Part shown: positions 60,420-64,000 of the stretch, piece by piece
How the letters are laid out: the number at the start of each line of letters is the position of its first letter
How positions within the stretch are numbered: position 1 is the first letter of the stretch
From: Centroscyllium fabricii
Taxonomy: Eukaryota
DNA: 64,000 nt
NCBI GenBank assembly: GCA_051313645.2
Contig: JBNRSN020000118.1
Location: 992,001 to 1,056,000 of the forward strand
Direction of reading: 5' to 3'
Translations under genes and position numbers: made by a program
The notes under the pieces: model-generated
What the model was told of the DNA's origin: nothing
What the model saw: the letters and a program-made list of their open reading frames with translations, nothing else
The model's database searches: none

Positions 60420-62520
60420 ACACTGTACAGATGTTCATCATGTTGTGGTGCACACTGTACAGATGTTCATCATGTTGTGGTGCACACTGTACAGATGTTC
60501 ACCTTCTTGTGGTGTACACAGTACAGATGCTCATCACGCTGTGGTGCACACTGTACAGGTGTTCCTCATGTTGTGGTGCACACTGTACAGATGTTAATCA
60601 TGTTGTGGTGCACACTGTACAGATGTTCATCTTGTTGTGGTGCACACTGTACAGATGTTCATCATGATGTGGAGCACACTGTACAGATGTTCATCATGTT
60701 GTGGTGCACAATGTACACATGTTCATCATGTTGAGGTGCACACTGTACAGATGTTCATCTTGTTGTGGTGCACACTGTACAGATGTTCATCCTGTTGCGT
60801 TGCACACTGTACATATGTACATCTTGTTGTGGTGCACACTGTACAGATGTTCAGCATGTTGTGGTGCACATTTTACAGATGGTCATCTTGTTGTGGTGCA
60901 CATTGTACAGATGTTCAGCATGTTGTGGTGCACACTGTACATATGTTTATCTTGTTGTTGTGCACACTGTACAGATGTTGATCATGTTTTAGTGCACACT
61001 GTGCGGATGTTCATCGTGTTGTGTTGCACACTGTACAGATGTTCATCATGTTGTGGTGCACATTGTACAGATGTTCATCATGTTGTGGTGCACACTGTAC
61101 AGATGTTCATCATGTTGTGGTGCACAATGTACAGATGTTCATCTTGTGGTGCACACTGTACAGATGTTCATCATGTTGTGGTGCACACTGTACAGATGTT
61201 CATCATGTTGTGGTGCACACTGTACAGATGTTCAACATGTGGTGGGGCACACTGTACCGATGTTCATCATGTTGTGGTGCACACTGTACAGATGTTCATC
61301 ATGTTGTGGTGCACAATGTACAGATGTTCATCTTGTTGTGGTGCACACTGTACAGATGTTCATCATGTTGTGGTGCACATTGTACTGATGTTCATCATGC
61401 TGAGGTGCACGCTGTACTGATGTTCATCATGTTGTGGTGCACACTGTACAGATGTTCATCATGTTGTGGTGCACACTGTACAGATGTTCATCATGTTGTG
61501 GTGCACACTGTACAGATGTTCATCATGTTGTGGTGCACACTGTACAGATGTTCACCTTCCTGTGGTGTACACAGTACAGATGCTCATCACGCTGTGGTGC
61601 ACACTGTACAGGTGTTCCTCATGTTGTGGTGCACACTGTACAGATGTTAATCATGTTGTGGTGCACACTGTACAGATGTTCATCTTGTTGTGGTGCACAC
61701 TGTACAGATGTTCATCATGATGTGGAGCACACTGTACAGATGTTCATCATGTTGTGGTGCACAATGTACACATGTTCATCATGTTGAGGTGCACACTGTA
61801 CAGATGTTCATCTTGTTGTGGTGCACACTGTACAGATGTTCATCCTGTTGCGTTGCACACTGTACAGATGTACATCTTGTTGTGGTGCACACTGTACAGA
61901 TGTTCAACATGTTGTGGTGCACATTTTACAGATGGTCATCTTGTTGTGGTGCACATTGTACAGATGTTCAGCATGTTGTGGTGCACACTGTACATATGTT
62001 CATCTTGTTGTTGTGCACACTGTACAGATGTTGATCATGTTTTAGTGCACACTGTGCGGATGTTCATCGTGTTGTGTTGCACACTGTACAGATGTTCATC
62101 ATGTTGTGGTGCACATTGTACAGATGTTCATCATGTTGTGGTGCACACTGTACAGATGTTCATCATGTTGTGGTGCACACTGTACAGATGTTCATCATGT
62201 TGTGGTGCACAATGTACAGATGTTCATCTTGTGGTGCACACTGTACAGATGTTCATCATGTTGTGGTGCACACTGTACAGATGTTCATCATGTTGTGGTG
62301 CACACTGTACAGATGTTCAACATGTGGTGGGGCACACTGTACCGATGTTCATCATGTTGTGGTGCACACTGTACAGATGTTCATCATGTTGTGGTGCACA
62401 ATGTACAGATGTTCATCTTGTTGTGGTGCACACTGTACAGATGTTCATCATGTTGTGGTGCACATTGTACTGATGTTCATCATGTTGAGGTGCACACTGT
62501 ACTGATGTTCATCATGTTGT
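60420..62520. repeat. Tandem duplication of ~1053 bp (33 monomers including one 29-bp monomer)
   Basis: ORF pairs 60637/61690, 60701/61754, 60765/61818 and 61021/62074 are offset by 1053. gatggtcatc and catcacgctg occur in both copies. Confidence 0.85.
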
Positions 62521-64000
62521 GGTGCACACTGTACAGATGTTCATCATGTTGTGGTGCACACTGTACAGATGTTCATCTTGTTGTGGTGCACACTGTACAG
62601 ATGTTCATCATGTTGTGGTGCACACTGTACAGATGTTCATCATGTTGTGGTGCACAATGTACAGAAGTTCATCATGTTGTGGTGCACACTGTACAGATGT
62701 TCATCTTATTGTGTAGCACACTGTACAGATGTTCATCTTGTTGTGGTGCACACTGTACAGATGTTCATCATGTTGTGGTGCACACTGTACAGATGTTCAT
62801 CTTGTTTTGGTGCACACTGTACAGATGTTCATCTTGTTGTGGTGCACACTGTACAGATGTTCATCATATTGTGGTGCACACTGTACAGATGTTCATCTTG
62901 TTGTGGTGCACACTGTACAGATGTTCATCATGTTGTGGTGTACACTGTACAGATGTTCATCATGTTGTGATGCACACTGTACAGATGTTCACCTTTTTTG
63001 GTGCACACTGTACAGATGCTCATCTTGTTGTGGTGCAAACTGTACAGATGTTGATCATGTTGTGGTACACACTGTACAGATGTTCATCATGTTGTGGTGC
63101 ACACTGCACAGATGTTCATCTTGTTGTGGTTCACACTGTACAGATGTTCATCATGTTGTTGTGCACACTGTACAGATGTTCATCTTGTTGTGGTGCACAC
63201 TGTACAGATGTACATCTTGTTGTGGTGCACACTGTACAGATGTTCATCATGTTGAGGTGTACACTACACAGATGTTCATCATGTTTTGGTGCACACTGTG
63301 CAGATGTACATCTAGTTGTGGTGCACACTGTACAGATGTTCATCATGTTGTGGTGCACACTGTACAGATGTTCATCATGTTGTGGTGCACACTGTACAGA
63401 TGTTCATCATGTTGTGGTGCACACTGTACAGATGTTCACCTTCTTGTGGTGTACAAAGTACAGATGTTCATCATGTTGTGGTGCACACTGTACAGATGTT
63501 CCTCATGTTGTGGTGCACACTGTATAGATGTTCATCATGTTGTGGTGCACACTGTACAGATGTTCATCTTGTTGTGGTGCACACTGTACAGATGTTCATC
63601 ATGTTGTGGTGCACAATGTACACATGTTCATCATGTTGTGGTGCACAATGTACAGATGTTCATCTTGTTGTGTTGCACACTGTACAGATGTTCATCTTGT
63701 TGTGTTGCACACTGTACAGATGTTCATCTTGTTGTGGTGCACACTGTACAGATGTTCATCATGTTGTGGTGCACAATGTACAGATGTTCATCTTGTTGTC
63801 GTGCACATTGTACAGATGTTCAGCATGTTGTGGTGCACACTGTACATATCTTCATCTTGCTATGGTGCACACTGTACAGATGTTCATCATGTTGTAGTGC
63901 ACACTGTGCAGATGTTCATCTTGTTGTGGTGCACAATGTACAGATGTTCATCATGTTGTGGTGCACATTGTACAGATGTTCATCATGTTGTGGTGCACAC

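Larger units (their letters stand above)
1..64000. repeat. Satellite DNA: tandem array of a 32-bp monomer GTTGTGGTGCACACTGTACAGATGTTCATC(A/T)T, about 2,000 copies, single orientation, running off both window ends
   Basis: The 32-bp unit is visible on every line. Most copies differ from consensus by 0-3 substitutions, with rare 29/30/31/33-bp monomers. No non-repeat sequence was seen. ORF translations all cycle through the same 32-aa (96-bp = 3-monomer) peptide. Confidence 0.99.
50050..64000. repeat. Long-range block duplication: ~50050-52530 repeated at ~61550-64000 (offset 11501, then 11469 after loss of one monomer)
   Basis: ORF pairs 50189/61690 and 50573/62074 are offset by 11501; 51847/63316 and minus-strand 51662/63131 by 11469. 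Shared private variants: tgtgtagcac, catctagttg, gttgtcgtgc, ttgctatgg. Confidence 0.85.

Noticed and set aside
28769-63358. Short minus-strand ORFs (MHHNMMNICTV...)
   Set aside because: They occur only where variants happen to remove the TCA (TGA on the minus strand) in a few consecutive in-frame monomers.
2-63897. Hundreds of long + strand ORFs encoding Cys/His/Val-rich repeats (metallothionein-, zinc-finger- or keratin-associated-like)
   Set aside because: All three frames are open at once and give the same peptide because the 32-bp monomer lacks stops. There is no unique N- or C-terminus and no codon-position bias, and stops and frameshifts are frequent.
1-64000. CRISPR array (32-bp, partly palindromic repeat starting GTT)
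   Set aside because: The repeats abut directly with no unique spacers, leader or cas genes.
1-64000. Assignment as centromeric, or to a named satellite family or organism
   Set aside because: I recognise no CENP-B box or known consensus. This needs a Dfam/Repbase/BLAST search, chromosomal context and CENP-A data.
1-64000. Purely synthetic sequence or assembly or rolling-circle amplification artefact
   Set aside because: Hierarchical shared variants, with small differences between duplicate blocks (e.g. gcacac vs gcaaac at ~3270/7970, tagtgt vs tagggt at ~4481/9181), indicate natural evolution. Individual junctions still need read validation.
1-64000. Embedded transposon, inversion, or tRNA/rRNA gene
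   Set aside because: No interruption of the 32-bp register by foreign sequence and no reverse-orientation monomers were seen.

Overview
The whole 64 kb window is one uninterrupted, head-to-tail tandem array of about 2,000 copies of a 32-bp monomer, consensus GTTGTGGTGCACACTGTACAGATGTTCATC(A/T)T (about 44% GC, no CpG). It has the character of a eukaryotic satellite DNA. I saw no unique sequence, spacers, inversions, transposon insertions, RNA genes or credible protein-coding genes. The hundreds of '+' ORFs are an artefact: the consensus + strand has no stop codon and 32 is not divisible by 3, so all three frames chain into the same 32-aa peptide (MFIMLWCTLYRCSSCCGAHCTDVHHVVVHTVQ). The real structure is in the variant monomers. 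They form conserved marker cassettes and nested higher-order repeats (HORs) or block duplications, with offsets of 160, 320, 480, 640/672, 960, 1053, 1183, 1856, 3387, 3771, 4700, 4986, 7223 and about 11,500 bp. Notable points are an apparent in-register 21-monomer replacement (gene-conversion-like), a block-order permutation, local patchwork zones and a left-to-right turnover of variants. The monomer itself is a quasi-palindrome built from about 8-bp subunits. I cannot name the organism or satellite family, and I found no gene-based novel system. Offsets were read by eye and from the ORF track, so block boundaries are approximate.
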